Below, in pieces: positions 1 to 9,914 of a DNA stretch of 63,515 bases. Position 1 is the first letter of the stretch. Every line of letters starts with the position of its first letter. A program made the position numbers and the translations under genes. Source of the stretch: Pseudobdellovibrionaceae bacterium (GTDB lineage Bacteria; Bdellovibrionota; Bdellovibrionia; Bdellovibrionales; Bdellovibrionaceae); contig JBDHWW010000019.1 of assembly GCA_039810425.1 (NCBI GenBank), positions 1 through 63,515 on the forward strand. Reading direction: 5' to 3'. The notes under the pieces were generated by a model that saw only the letters and a list, made by a program, of their open reading frames with translations, made no database searches and was not told the DNA's origin.

Positions 1-359
1 TCAAAACCGCTCCCAGCACCTACGAAGTCGTCAAATCGCGAAAGTCATAACGCCAGGCATGTGGATATGGAGGTTATGTTAATATCAATAAGTAGCTGAA
101 ATCCGCACACTTTTTTGACTTAAATTATCCCGCCCACTGTGACGAACGAGCCCGGACAGCACACCGGCTACGTTTTAAACTTCGATTTTTATAAACTAAT
201 TCGATAATGGCAAATTGCTATAAGTAGTAGTATTCAAAAACAGACTTCCTTGAAGATGAAGGCTTTTTCGTTCGCGCAGTCGAAAGCGGCGATGAAGGCA
301 TTGCCCTTATTGGCATGCTGCTCGATATATCTCCATATATCTTTTCGTCAAAATACTTT

Positions 360-809
360 CTAGTAACGATAAGACAAAGCAGTTTGCTCAACGACAGCTG
401 TGCCTTTTTTGAGCTTAAATTGAATTTCCCAGGTGCCGGGTCTTGCAAAGTAAACGTCTGAAACATAGTATTGGCCCGGATTCATCTTCTCTACCTTCCC
501 TAGAGATGACTCGCCCGTGCTTGGCATCCACAATGAAACTTCAAGATCATTTTTCAAGTCAATGAACTGGCTACGATCGTCAGGATTATAAAACTCGAGA
601 TAGAAAGACCTCTTGGGGCCATTACTTGATTTCGTATCCCAAATCAAATCAATGCAAACATCGGATTGGGACAAGTAAGCGTCGCAAGTACCGTTTTCGT
701 CGACGGCGGGATTGCGCGAAGCCCCCTCCCCGTTCAGCTTTGCACAGGACGCGAGCAGGATCATTGAACTTGCCAACAGCAAATAAATTAGACTTCGGAA
801 CATCTTCAT
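360..809 (-). CDS. Lipoprotein with YtkA/FixH-like Ig domain
   Basis: Lipobox LLASC; C-terminal 'SLWMPS...PGQYYVSDVYFARPGTWEIQFKL' pattern typical of YtkA/FixH-like proteins. Confidence 0.65.
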   Translation of the reverse strand: MKMFRSLIYLLLASSMILLASCAKLNGEGASRNPAVDENGTCDAYLSQSDVCIDLIWDTKSSNGPKRSFYLEFYNPDDRSQFIDLKNDLEVSLWMPSTGESSLGKVEKMNPGQYYVSDVYFARPGTWEIQFKLKKGTAVVEQTALSYRY

Positions 810-992
810 AAGGCAGGTTTTTTAACAAAAAAAAGCTTTTTTTTCCAAGGAAATCTCCGCCAAGGAAAAATTTGCGGAAGCCTTTTTACCCTGTATTTCA
901 TGATGAGTCACACAAAGGGGGCCACAGAGGCCTTTGATCATGGGGGTCAAACAGCGCTTGAAAGATAAAACAACTAGAGTTAAAAATAGTGC

Positions 993-1823
993 ATGAAAAT
1001 AAACGTAATTATTATTTTATCGGCGGCCTTTTTGACATTGTCTTGTGCAAGCACCACAGAAGAAGGAGCGACGGGCGTGACCCGTAAGCAGTACCTCGCC
1101 GGCGTTTCTTCAGAACAGATTCTTGCCGAATCCGAAAAAGGCTATGATCAGACGAAAGCGGATGCCCAAAAAAAGGGCGCGCTGGACAAAGACTCATCAC
1201 AAGTGGCACGCGTGATGGCGATTGCAAAAAAGCTCATTCCTTTCACACCGATTTTCCGTAAAGACGCTCTTACCTGGAAATGGGAAGTCCACGTTATCAC
1301 AAGCCCTGAGCTGAACGCGTACTGCATGCCCGGCGGGAAAATGATTTTCTATTCTGGCATAATTGAAAAACTGCACCTCACCGACGGCGAAATCGCGGCG
1401 ATTATGGGTCACGAAATGTCGCACGCCCTCCGCGAGCATGGCCGCGAGCGCATGGCTGAAGCTATCGCCGGCCAAGTCGGCGGCCAGGCGATCGTGGCGG
1501 GCCTTGTAATGGGTGGGGTGATTGACGCAAAGTACGCCGGCGTGGCTTCCGCAGGGGCGGCGGCAATCACTCAGATCGTCATCTCACTTCCCCATAGCCG
1601 CACCCAGGAGTCTGAAGCCGATACAATGGGTGTCGAACTCATGGCCCGGGCTGGCTATGATCCACGAGGGGCCCTGAATCTATGGAAAAAGATGGGAGCT
1701 CAAAGTGGGTCAAAACCACCGGAGATTCTGAGTACACATCCTGCGGACAGCACCCGTCTTGATCATATCGCCTCGCTACTGCCTAAAGTAATGCCACTCT
1801 ATGAAGCCGCGAGTGGACACTAA
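993..1823 (+). CDS. M48 family zinc metallopeptidase lipoprotein (LoiP/Oma1-like)
   Basis: Lipobox [18 protein letters not shown] (HExxH), QESEAD and STHP motifs. Confidence 0.92.
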   Translation: MKINVIIILSAAFLTLSCASTTEEGATGVTRKQYLAGVSSEQILAESEKGYDQTKADAQKKGALDKDSSQVARVMAIAKKLIPFTPIFRKDALTWKWEVHVITSPELNAYCMPGGKMIFYSGIIEKLHLTDGEIAAIMGHEMSHALREHGRERMAEAIAGQVGGQAIVAGLVMGGVIDAKYAGVASAGAAAITQIVISLPHSRTQESEADTMGVELMARAGYDPRGALNLWKKMGAQSGSKPPEILSTHPADSTRLDHIASLLPKVMPLYEAASGH

Positions 1824-2003
1824 CTAAAAAGTTCGACACTGGCCCCACGGCCCACTGTCAAACTAGTGGGCTATTTCGAGGGCCTGCAAAAATCATCGAC
1901 AAGTTTTTTTCACTTCCCCTCTAGAATCTTGAATTTTAACCATGGTAAACTGTCCTTATCAAGTGGGACGTCCTGGCTGAAATAACGTGTAATGGGGGAT
2001 ACT

Positions 2004-2777
2004 ATGAAACGGACTTTCGCTGTTCTGCTTGCCAGCTTGCTTTTTACAAGTATCGCGAAGGCACAAAGCCTCGGAGCGCTGAAAGATCTCTACAAAGGCG
2101 ACTCGCCTCTTACTTACCAAGAGATGCCTGAAAAACAAGTCGTCGAGCCTGGCACGACCGATCTGACCCCGGCTGAAGAAGAGTTGGCTGAAATGAAGGC
2201 CAAAGAACTCGAAGAAAAGAAAGCCCAGGAAGAGCGTATCTATTTGGATACCGACTATCAGTTCTTCCAGGCCCTGAATATCACTCTCGACGAAGACGAG
2301 CTCGATCAGGCCTACAAAGCAAAGCTCGCTGCCGAGAACTTGGAAAAGCTTAAAAATACAGATACAACCGTCAAATCCGAGCTTAAAACAGCGCCGGGTC
2401 TTATGACGCGCAAAGAAGGCGCGGTGATGGACGAAAAGCGTGTTCTGATCTTAAAGAAAATCGCCGTCAACGGCCAGGACGTGCGCGCCTGCATCCTCCA
2501 GCATAAAAAGCCCGACGTGGCGTTCAAGGGCACCTCTATGACCTTGGCTTGGGAGGTCGATCTTACCGGCAAAGTGGTTCGTTCTCAGATGAAAGCAACG
2601 GATGTCGAGAACAAAGAAATTCAAAACTGTGTTTTGAAGGCCCTCGCCTCTTGGAACTTCGGCGATGCGATGAAGGCACAAACGAAGCACTCCCATATCG
2701 AGTACACATACCGCTTTGTCAACGCCGCCAAAGAAGCCGCGAATAAGGCAGCGACAACGGCGAGCGCGTCGAACTAA
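2004..2777 (+). CDS. Secreted protein with C-terminal AgmX/PglI (TonB-C-like) domain
   Basis: ATG 2004 after GGGGGA RBS; signal peptide (..SIAKA); C-terminal 'VRACI...GTSMTLAWEVDLTGKV...IQNCVLKALASWNF...EYTYRF' resembles the C-terminus of 44876..46327. Confidence 0.7.
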   Translation: MKRTFAVLLASLLFTSIAKAQSLGALKDLYKGDSPLTYQEMPEKQVVEPGTTDLTPAEEELAEMKAKELEEKKAQEERIYLDTDYQFFQALNITLDEDELDQAYKAKLAAENLEKLKNTDTTVKSELKTAPGLMTRKEGAVMDEKRVLILKKIAVNGQDVRACILQHKKPDVAFKGTSMTLAWEVDLTGKVVRSQMKATDVENKEIQNCVLKALASWNFGDAMKAQTKHSHIEYTYRFVNAAKEAANKAATTASASN

Positions 2778-2800
2778 GCCACAAAAGCTTTGAATCTTGT

Positions 2801-2837
2801 TGGGGGGAGCCTAAAGGCCCCCCCATTTTCTTTTTTT
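2801..2837 (+). terminator. Intrinsic terminator between convergent genes
   Basis: G-rich/C-rich hairpin TGGGGGGAGCC-TAAA-GGCCCCCCCA followed by a T tract. Confidence 0.7.
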
Positions 2838-2847
2838 GAACTGAATT

Positions 2848-4257
2848 CTAGTCTTCGTCTGACAATTCGTCGTCGCCGACAATACCGAGGTTAAACTTCT
2901 CGATACGGTAGCGCATAGAGCGAAAGGAAATGTGCAATAGCTTTGCTGCGCGTTTCTTCACGCCGCCGGCCGCATGGATCGCCTTGACAAGCAACTCCTT
3001 CTCGATTTGTCCCATGACCTTGTCGAGATCCACACCATCATCCCCGATTTCGATTTCATTTGAAGATGCCATCTTGCGACCCGAGTTCGTGTTCACCATC
3101 GGTGGCAAGCTCTCAGGCAAGATCATTGCGCCGCCTTCCAAGGCCACGGTGCGTTCAATTAAATTCTCAAGCTCACGGACGTTCCCCGGATAATCGTACT
3201 TTTTGAGAATCTCCATCGCCTCTGTAGAGATACCACCGATGTTTTTATTGAGGCGCTCGTTATATTTCTTCAAGAAGTGATTCGCCAAAAGAGGGATATC
3301 ATCACGGCGCTCCCTCAAACTCGGAGTTCTAATATTGATAACGTTCAAGCGATAGAACAAATCCTGACGGAAGGTACCCTTTTGCACCATTTCTTCGAGA
3401 TTCCGGTTCGTCGCGGCAATGATGCGAACTTCGACTTTCATATCATCGGTCGCGCCCACACGGCGAATGACACGCTCTTGGATCGCTCGGAGGAGTTTTA
3501 CCTGGATCGTTAGCGGCAACTCACCGACCTCATCCAGGAACAAAGTTCCGGTGTCCGCCACTTCAAAAAGACCCGCTTTGTCCGTCACTGCTCCCGTGAA
3601 GGAGCCTTTTTTGTGACCGAACATCTCGGACTCCATCAAATTCTCGGGAATCGCTCCGCAGTTGATTGTCACAAACGGCTTGTCCTTGAGGGGACCGTTG
3701 TAGTGAATCGCTTTCGCCACGACCTCTTTACCCGTACCAGATTCCCCAGTGACCAGAACGTTGGTTGGCGTTTGCGATACCCGCTTTACCATATCGAAGA
3801 TGGAGTGCATCGCCGGAGAGTTTCCGACCATGTTTTGAAAGCTGTATTCTTTAACAAGTTCTTTTTTAAGTGACCTATTTTCGACTTCGAGGTTTCGCGA
3901 GCGAAGCGCATTCTGAATGTTTAAACGAACTTCGTCGATTTTGAAAGGCTTTGTAATGTAGTCATACGCGCCCATCTTCATCGCTTCGACAGCGGTTTCT
4001 GTCGTACCAAAAGCCGTAATCATCATGAAGACAATTTCGGGTGCCGTTTCTTTTACGTGCTTCAGCAGTTCGATTCCCGTAACATGCGGCATTTGCAAGT
4101 CAGAGATGATCATGTCGAAGCTCTTCTTCGCGAGAAGGTCTTTCGCTTTCTGGCCATCTTCAGCGAGAGTTACTTCGTAACCTTCCTTTTTGAGCATGAT
4201 CTCAAGAAACTCGCGGATTGATTCTTCATCGTCTACTACCAAGATACGGGATTTCAT
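2848..4257 (-). CDS. pilR: Sigma54-dependent response regulator PilR (REC-AAA+-Fis HTH)
   Basis: Start moved to MKSRILVV (AGGAG RBS); receiver domain, GESGTGKE, GSFTGA, DEVGE, C-terminal HTH; downstream of pilS. Confidence 0.88.
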   Translation of the reverse strand: MKSRILVVDDEESIREFLEIMLKKEGYEVTLAEDGQKAKDLLAKKSFDMIISDLQMPHVTGIELLKHVKETAPEIVFMMITAFGTTETAVEAMKMGAYDYITKPFKIDEVRLNIQNALRSRNLEVENRSLKKELVKEYSFQNMVGNSPAMHSIFDMVKRVSQTPTNVLVTGESGTGKEVVAKAIHYNGPLKDKPFVTINCGAIPENLMESEMFGHKKGSFTGAVTDKAGLFEVADTGTLFLDEVGELPLTIQVKLLRAIQERVIRRVGATDDMKVEVRIIAATNRNLEEMVQKGTFRQDLFYRLNVINIRTPSLRERRDDIPLLANHFLKKYNERLNKNIGGISTEAMEILKKYDYPGNVRELENLIERTVALEGGAMILPESLPPMVNTNSGRKMASSNEIEIGDDGVDLDKVMGQIEKELLVKAIHAAGGVKKRAAKLLHISFRSMRYRIEKFNLGIVGDDELSDED

Positions 4258-4320
4258 GAATACTCCTAATAAAACTATTCTCACTTGTGATCGCAAGAAT
4301 TTCAAAATCTTTTATTCGAT

Positions 4321-5892
4321 CTAAACACTCACCGCAGGAAAAAGCAGAGTGAAGGTTGTCCCCACCCCCTGCTCGCTCTCGACGAAGATCTGTGCTCCAT
4401 GGCCCTCAAGAATCTTGTGAGTCACCGCCAGACCAAGGCCCGTGCCTTTACTCTTCGTCGTATGGAAAGGCTCAAACATGCGCCGGCGAGTGGAATCGCT
4501 CATGCCACAACCTGAGTCTTTCAAAATCACTTTCCAAAACTTGCCCTCGTATTTCACAGCCACTTCGAAACGCGCGACGGGAACGCTATCCATCGCTTGA
4601 TACGCGTTAATGATGATATTTAAAAATGCCTGCTTAAGCTTATCGCGGCGGCCCAAAACCACGGCCTTTTCCGGGATCTCAACCCTTGTCATGACATCCT
4701 GACGAATCATCTTGTTTGCCTGCATATTGTCCATGATTTCTTTTGTCAGACTCACCAAGTCCACCGGATCCGTCGGCGGCTCCTCCGGACGGGAGTAATC
4801 AAGGAATTCCGTTATCAGACTATTTAAGCGGTCGATCTCACGCAGGATAATCCTCATGAGCTTTTTGTCGTCATCATTCGATGTCGTCTGGGACAAGAGC
4901 TCTACGCTGCCGCTGATGCCCGCGAGCGGATTGCGGATCTCATGGGCGATACCCGCCGCCAAGCCACCGATCGCCGCCATTTTTTCATTCTGGCGAACGG
5001 AGTACTCAAGTTGCTTTACCCGTGTCAAATCCTCGATCTGCGCGATATACAGATCGCCTTCAATCACCGGGCTGAACACCGAGGACACGCTGACCTGAAG
5101 GACCTTGGTTTCTTCAGAGTTTTTCCAATAGATGTCTTTCTTATCAGCCACAGAGGTCGGGAATTCGGGTAGAAACTCAAAAATATTTGTATCTTTTAAC
5201 GTCCGGCCCGCGAAAATTTTCTGCACGGACAAATTGTCCTGTAAAACCACACCCTGACGATTGAACGTCAGCAGACCCGACGGCATGTGGCCAACAATGG
5301 CTTTGTTGAGTTCTTGGATCTCGCGTAGAGTGAGGCCCGTTTTTGTAAGCTCAATACCCATGAATTGCAGCTGTTCACTCAAATATCCAGAAAGGCCCGC
5401 CACCGAGAAGAAGGCGATATTGTTAAGCGCTAACAAGAACACATAGTTCATGGCCTTCATGTCCGGACCAAAAAGACTCGCGAGCGTAAAGAAGATGCTG
5501 CTAAAGAGCGCCATCGCCAAAGCCCCGCGAGATTGAAACACCAAGCCCGCAAGCAAAATATTCACCAGGTGTAAAAACAAAAAGAGTGATTGATTGAGGC
5601 CACTAAAAGTAATCAGTAAAGATAAAAATAACGAATCAAGAATAAAACCCGCAAAATACAGCCAACGGCGTTCAGCAAGCTTATCGAGGTAATGCACATA
5701 AAACACATGCAGACCAAGAGCCAAACAGATAGTGGCGTAAAACGGAGCGACTAGCGACCAGTTGATAAAGCTTTTTTGCAGAAGGAATGAAATCTGGCTG
5801 ACCGCGAGAATCAATAGATAAAGACTGACCCGCGAAAACGCGACGATCAGTCTTTGATTGTAGTTTCTTTGCGGGCCAACGGCAGCAATCAT
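4321..5892 (-). CDS. pilS: Sensor histidine kinase PilS
   Basis: ~6 TM N-terminus, PAS-like region, AHEIRNPL H-box, G-boxes; located between pilC and pilR. Confidence 0.85.
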   Translation of the reverse strand: MIAAVGPQRNYNQRLIVAFSRVSLYLLILAVSQISFLLQKSFINWSLVAPFYATICLALGLHVFYVHYLDKLAERRWLYFAGFILDSLFLSLLITFSGLNQSLFLFLHLVNILLAGLVFQSRGALAMALFSSIFFTLASLFGPDMKAMNYVFLLALNNIAFFSVAGLSGYLSEQLQFMGIELTKTGLTLREIQELNKAIVGHMPSGLLTFNRQGVVLQDNLSVQKIFAGRTLKDTNIFEFLPEFPTSVADKKDIYWKNSEETKVLQVSVSSVFSPVIEGDLYIAQIEDLTRVKQLEYSVRQNEKMAAIGGLAAGIAHEIRNPLAGISGSVELLSQTTSNDDDKKLMRIILREIDRLNSLITEFLDYSRPEEPPTDPVDLVSLTKEIMDNMQANKMIRQDVMTRVEIPEKAVVLGRRDKLKQAFLNIIINAYQAMDSVPVARFEVAVKYEGKFWKVILKDSGCGMSDSTRRRMFEPFHTTKSKGTGLGLAVTHKILEGHGAQIFVESEQGVGTTFTLLFPAVSV

Positions 5893-5898
5893 GAGTTC

Positions 5899-7131
5899 CT
5901 AGCCTCCGCCAACGATGTCGCCCATATTGAAAATCGGCAGATACATCGCGATAACGAGAACCGCGATAATTCCTCCGAGGAACACCATCATCAGGGGCTC
6001 AATCAATGACGTCATGGCTTTCACAGACGTCTCGACTTCGTCCTCATAGAAGTCCGCAATTTTACCGAGCATCACGTCCATCGTACCGGACTGCTCACCG
6101 ATCGCGATCATTTGCACAACCATTTCCGGGATAACTTTTTCTTTGGCCAGCGGCGCCGAGAAGCTGCGCCCCTGAACCACCGAGTCTTTACTCTTAATCA
6201 AGACCCCTTCGATCACGCTGTTGCCGGAAGTGCGGGCGGCGATTTCAATCGCCTCGATCAAACCAACGCCCGAAGACAAAAGCGTTGACAGCGTTCGGCT
6301 CAAACGCGCAATCGCAGATTTCAAAGCCACTTCACCCACAACCGGAACTTTCAAAATGAACTCGTCGAAGCTCTGTTTTCCCTCTGTAGTGTCAAGATAG
6401 TACATGATAGCGTAGGGAATCGCGATCACACTGCCAATGTACAAGTACCACTTCTGCACGAGTGAGTTACTCAGGCTCACAACCATCTGCGTGAGCGCCG
6501 GCGGTGCCTTACCTGCGGAGCTATAGAATTCATTGAACTTCGGGATAATGAAAACCAAGATCCCGGATATCACGACGCCGGCCACAACGAGAATCACAGC
6601 CGGATAAACCATCGCCCCCTTCACTTGACCTTTAATTTTTTCCGATTTCTCCATGTAAATCGCCAGACGATTTAAAATGGAGTCTAAGATACCGGCCTCT
6701 TCGCCCGCTTGAATCATGTTCACATAAAGCTTGTCAAACACACCTTGCGTTCCCGCCATGGCGTCGGCAAGGCGCTTTCCATTTTCAATCGAAGACTTTA
6801 CTTTGCTAGAAGCATCACGCAAAAGACCCGGACGCAAACCTTCCGAAAGAATTTTCAAAGCATCCACGACCGGAATACCGGCATTGATCAATGTTGAAAA
6901 CTGACGCGTGAATATCTGCAAGTCTTTGGTTTTTACTTTCGGCGCGAGCAAGCCCCTGCCACCGCTTTTCTTCGCCACCGCACGGGTGCCGCCGCCACCG
7001 CGAGTGATACGGAGTGGTGTCAACTGCTGCGCGCGCAGGCGCACCCGGGCTTCATTTTCGTTGGCGGCCTCAATGTCGCCATTGAAGGTCTGCCCGGCCA
7101 TATTTTTGGCAGTATAAGAATAACGAGCCAT
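5899..7131 (-). CDS. pilC: Type IV pilus platform protein PilC (T2SS F family)
   Basis: FTRQFSTLINAGIP, GEEAGILD, GEQSGTMD, SLIEP motifs. Confidence 0.95.
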   Translation of the reverse strand: MARYSYTAKNMAGQTFNGDIEAANENEARVRLRAQQLTPLRITRGGGGTRAVAKKSGGRGLLAPKVKTKDLQIFTRQFSTLINAGIPVVDALKILSEGLRPGLLRDASSKVKSSIENGKRLADAMAGTQGVFDKLYVNMIQAGEEAGILDSILNRLAIYMEKSEKIKGQVKGAMVYPAVILVVAGVVISGILVFIIPKFNEFYSSAGKAPPALTQMVVSLSNSLVQKWYLYIGSVIAIPYAIMYYLDTTEGKQSFDEFILKVPVVGEVALKSAIARLSRTLSTLLSSGVGLIEAIEIAARTSGNSVIEGVLIKSKDSVVQGRSFSAPLAKEKVIPEMVVQMIAIGEQSGTMDVMLGKIADFYEDEVETSVKAMTSLIEPLMMVFLGGIIAVLVIAMYLPIFNMGDIVGGG

Positions 7132-7132
7132 T

Positions 7133-8179
7133 CTAGATGCCTACCTTTTTTAAAAGTTGGTCAAGACCATCCGGATCGTGAGTCACAAGAAATGCCTGCT
7201 TTATGTCGATACGGCGGCGTATTAATAATTGCAAGATGGATTGATTGAGACTGAGAACTCCAGTGTTTTCCTGATGAGCGTGTAAAAGGTTTTCAATCGG
7301 CGAGAGCTTTCCTTGGCTCAACGCCGTCTTTACTTCAGGGGTGTTCAGCATCATCTCATAGCCAAGAATCGTTTCTTCAGCCAAAGAGGTCATTGGGTGC
7401 TGAGACATTGCGAGTTTCAAGTGATCGGCAAAACGCCAGAGAGAATGGGGATTTGGCGCCTGAGATAGCAGCTCAAGGCATTTATGATAAGCACCCAGGA
7501 GCGTGCTGGAAGCAATAGTCATCACAACCATCTTGCCTTCATCACAAAGGTCCATCGCTTGCGCAAGAATCTTCGCAGTCACTGTTTCATGCAACACGAC
7601 AACATCAGCGCCGGAGAAAAACCCCGTCTCGGCCGCGTCGCTCACCGACGAGCTTTGATAAGCGAAAGTCGCTTTCTCTTCTGGAATGCCTGGGAATGCC
7701 TGCCTCGAGAAGATCGCACCATGGAATGCGTGGTCTTTGTTCAAACGGAACAAGGTCTGCGCCAAAGTATTGGTTTTAAACGGATGCACGGGGCCCGCGA
7801 GCAAAATCAAGCCTTGGCGGCGGCTGATCGTTTCCAAAAAGACCGCTGGCAGACTGAGCTCCGTTTCAAAAACATTCATAGGCTCAAAACAAAAATACGC
7901 CTTAAAGCAATCGTGGCTCTGGAAAATACTGTACGAAGTGCGCACACCATCTGACATCTGAGCACAGCCTTCCAGCGCGCCTTCACGTTCCAAACGCGCC
8001 ATTTGTTCAGTTTTCAACAGGGCCTTTAAGACCTGATTCCACTCGCTCAACAAAACAGGGGAATCCCCGAGGCTGACCCAGCTTTGCTGCAGGCGACATC
8101 TGGCCTCACTCCCCAAAACCAATAGAAGCTCTTGAGATTTGCGCTTTCTTGCTTCCGTAAAGTAGTTCATAACGGCCAT
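7133..8179 (-). CDS. pilT: PilT-like protein with degenerate ATPase motifs
   Basis: Position between pilB and pilC, PilT length and outline (GLILLAGP.., SLNQSILQLL); Walker A, Walker B and His boxes are altered. Confidence 0.65.
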   Translation of the reverse strand: MAVMNYFTEARKRKSQELLLVLGSEARCRLQQSWVSLGDSPVLLSEWNQVLKALLKTEQMARLEREGALEGCAQMSDGVRTSYSIFQSHDCFKAYFCFEPMNVFETELSLPAVFLETISRRQGLILLAGPVHPFKTNTLAQTLFRLNKDHAFHGAIFSRQAFPGIPEEKATFAYQSSSVSDAAETGFFSGADVVVLHETVTAKILAQAMDLCDEGKMVVMTIASSTLLGAYHKCLELLSQAPNPHSLWRFADHLKLAMSQHPMTSLAEETILGYEMMLNTPEVKTALSQGKLSPIENLLHAHQENTGVLSLNQSILQLLIRRRIDIKQAFLVTHDPDGLDQLLKKVGI

Positions 8180-9879
8180 TAGATGTCCTTCACAGATGAA
8201 TTTAAGACTTCTTCAATCGTGGTCACACCACGTTTAAGTTTTAACAAAGCACTACGCCGCAAGGTGCGCATTCCTTGCTCTCGCGCCAAGAAACGCAATT
8301 GACCGGCAGAAGCCCCCTTCAAGATGGCCTCTTTCAATTTTTCAGTCATCGCCATCAGTTCGTATATCGCCGCACGGCCTTTGATTCCAGAGCCGTTGCA
8401 AGTCGCGCAACCGCGGCCTTTGAAGAGCTGATACTCGGGAACTTCATCTGGATGAATACCCAGGTTCACCAATGTTTGCGGTGGAACTTCGATCGGAGCT
8501 TTGCAGTTTTCGCAAATCTTGCCCACGAGACGCTGGGACACGATCAAATTCACGGTCGCCGTAATAATGTACGGCGCCACGCCCATCTCTGTCAGGCGAA
8601 CTATCGTTGCCGGGGCATCATTGGTATGCAGTGTACTGACGACCAAGTGACCTGTCGATGCGGCTTTAAAACCAATCTCTGCGGTCTCAAGATCACGCAT
8701 CTCTCCCACCATGACGATGTCCGGATCTTGGCGAAGAAAAGATTTCAGCGCGCTCGAGAAAGTCAGATCGATATCCGGATTCATCTGCACCTGATTGATC
8801 CCTTCAAAATTGAACTCGACAGGATCTTCAGCGGTGCTGATGTTGACGTCAGCTTTATTTAACTCATACAACGCGGAGTAGATGGTCGTCGTCTTACCGG
8901 ACCCCGTAGGGCCGGTGATCAAGACCATCCCTTGCGGGAGATTGATCATATGCTTAAACAGCTTCAAATCATCTTCTTCAAAACCCAGCTTCGTCATATC
9001 AAGCTGCAAATTCGACTTATCCAAAAGACGCAAAACCACTTTTTCACCAAAAAGAGTCGGCAGAACGCTCACCCGGAAATCCATCTCTTTACCTTTGGAA
9101 GTTCGAACTTTCAAACGGCCATCCTGAGGGCGGCGCTTCTCGGCAATATCCAGCTTTGACATGATCTTTACGCGCGAGGCGATCGCCGCTGCCGAGCCCG
9201 AAGGTGGCGCCGTTGCTTCAATCAAGCCGCCGTCGATACGGAAGCGCACGCGATAGCGTTTTTCATAAGGCTCAAAGTGAATATCCGATACACGCCGCTT
9301 GATCGCATCGGCCAAAATCGCATTTACGAATTTAATAATCGGAGCATCGGCATCACCACCACCGCTTTCGTCGATGATTTCCACATTCGCCGCACCAATA
9401 CCCAAGTCTTCTTCCTGGGTCATCGAGTTCAATGCTTTCGCACTGATCAAACCGCCGTAGTTTTTATCGATTGCGGAAGCAATAGCAACTTCAGTACCCA
9501 CGACCGCCTGGATGCGATGGCGGGAAATAAAGCGCAAGTCTTCTTTAACCACAATATTAGATGGATCAGCAAATGCGACGACCAAGGTGTTGCCGGCTTT
9601 TTGAATCGGGATCAAGGTATGTTTGTCACAGATCTCGCGCGGAACCAGACTCACGACGCTTGCATCGATTTCAAATGTATTCACCTCGACGCCCGGCACT
9701 TGATAGTACTTTTCCAGCGCGCGAAGTATCTGATTGTCCTTTAGAAAACCGAGACTGATAATGATCTGACTCAGACGGGCTCCGCCTGATTTCTTTTGTT
9801 CTTCGTGAGCCTGATTCAACTGATCTGGTCTTAAAAGGCCCTGCTTTACTAAAATCTCACCAATCTTAAGGGACGACAT
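8179..9879 (-). CDS. pilB: Type IV pilus assembly ATPase PilB
   Basis: N-terminal KIGEILVKQGLL (MshEN-like), GPTGSGKTT, EDPVE, LRQDPD, TLHTNDA, tetra-Cys motif. Confidence 0.96.
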   Translation of the reverse strand: MSSLKIGEILVKQGLLRPDQLNQAHEEQKKSGGARLSQIIISLGFLKDNQILRALEKYYQVPGVEVNTFEIDASVVSLVPREICDKHTLIPIQKAGNTLVVAFADPSNIVVKEDLRFISRHRIQAVVGTEVAIASAIDKNYGGLISAKALNSMTQEEDLGIGAANVEIIDESGGGDADAPIIKFVNAILADAIKRRVSDIHFEPYEKRYRVRFRIDGGLIEATAPPSGSAAAIASRVKIMSKLDIAEKRRPQDGRLKVRTSKGKEMDFRVSVLPTLFGEKVVLRLLDKSNLQLDMTKLGFEEDDLKLFKHMINLPQGMVLITGPTGSGKTTTIYSALYELNKADVNISTAEDPVEFNFEGINQVQMNPDIDLTFSSALKSFLRQDPDIVMVGEMRDLETAEIGFKAASTGHLVVSTLHTNDAPATIVRLTEMGVAPYIITATVNLIVSQRLVGKICENCKAPIEVPPQTLVNLGIHPDEVPEYQLFKGRGCATCNGSGIKGRAAIYELMAMTEKLKEAILKGASAGQLRFLAREQGMRTLRRSALLKLKRGVTTIEEVLNSSVKDI

Positions 9880-9885
9880 GGAAAC

Positions 9886-9914
9886 ATTCTAGCGTGGGGT
9901 GACATTTTTTGTAA
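9886..9914 (-). promoter_or_regulatory. Putative sigma70 promoter of pilB (leaderless geometry)
   Basis: Minus strand TTACAA-17 nt-TAGAAT, 6 nt before the pilB ATG, no SD. Confidence 0.55.

Noticed and set aside
1..50. Possible 3' end of a plus-strand gene (KTAPSTYEVVKSRKS*)
   Set aside because: Too short to identify and truncated by the window edge.
218..466. 82-aa minus-strand ORF
   Set aside because: Overlaps the lipoprotein gene in another frame; no RBS or recognisable motif.
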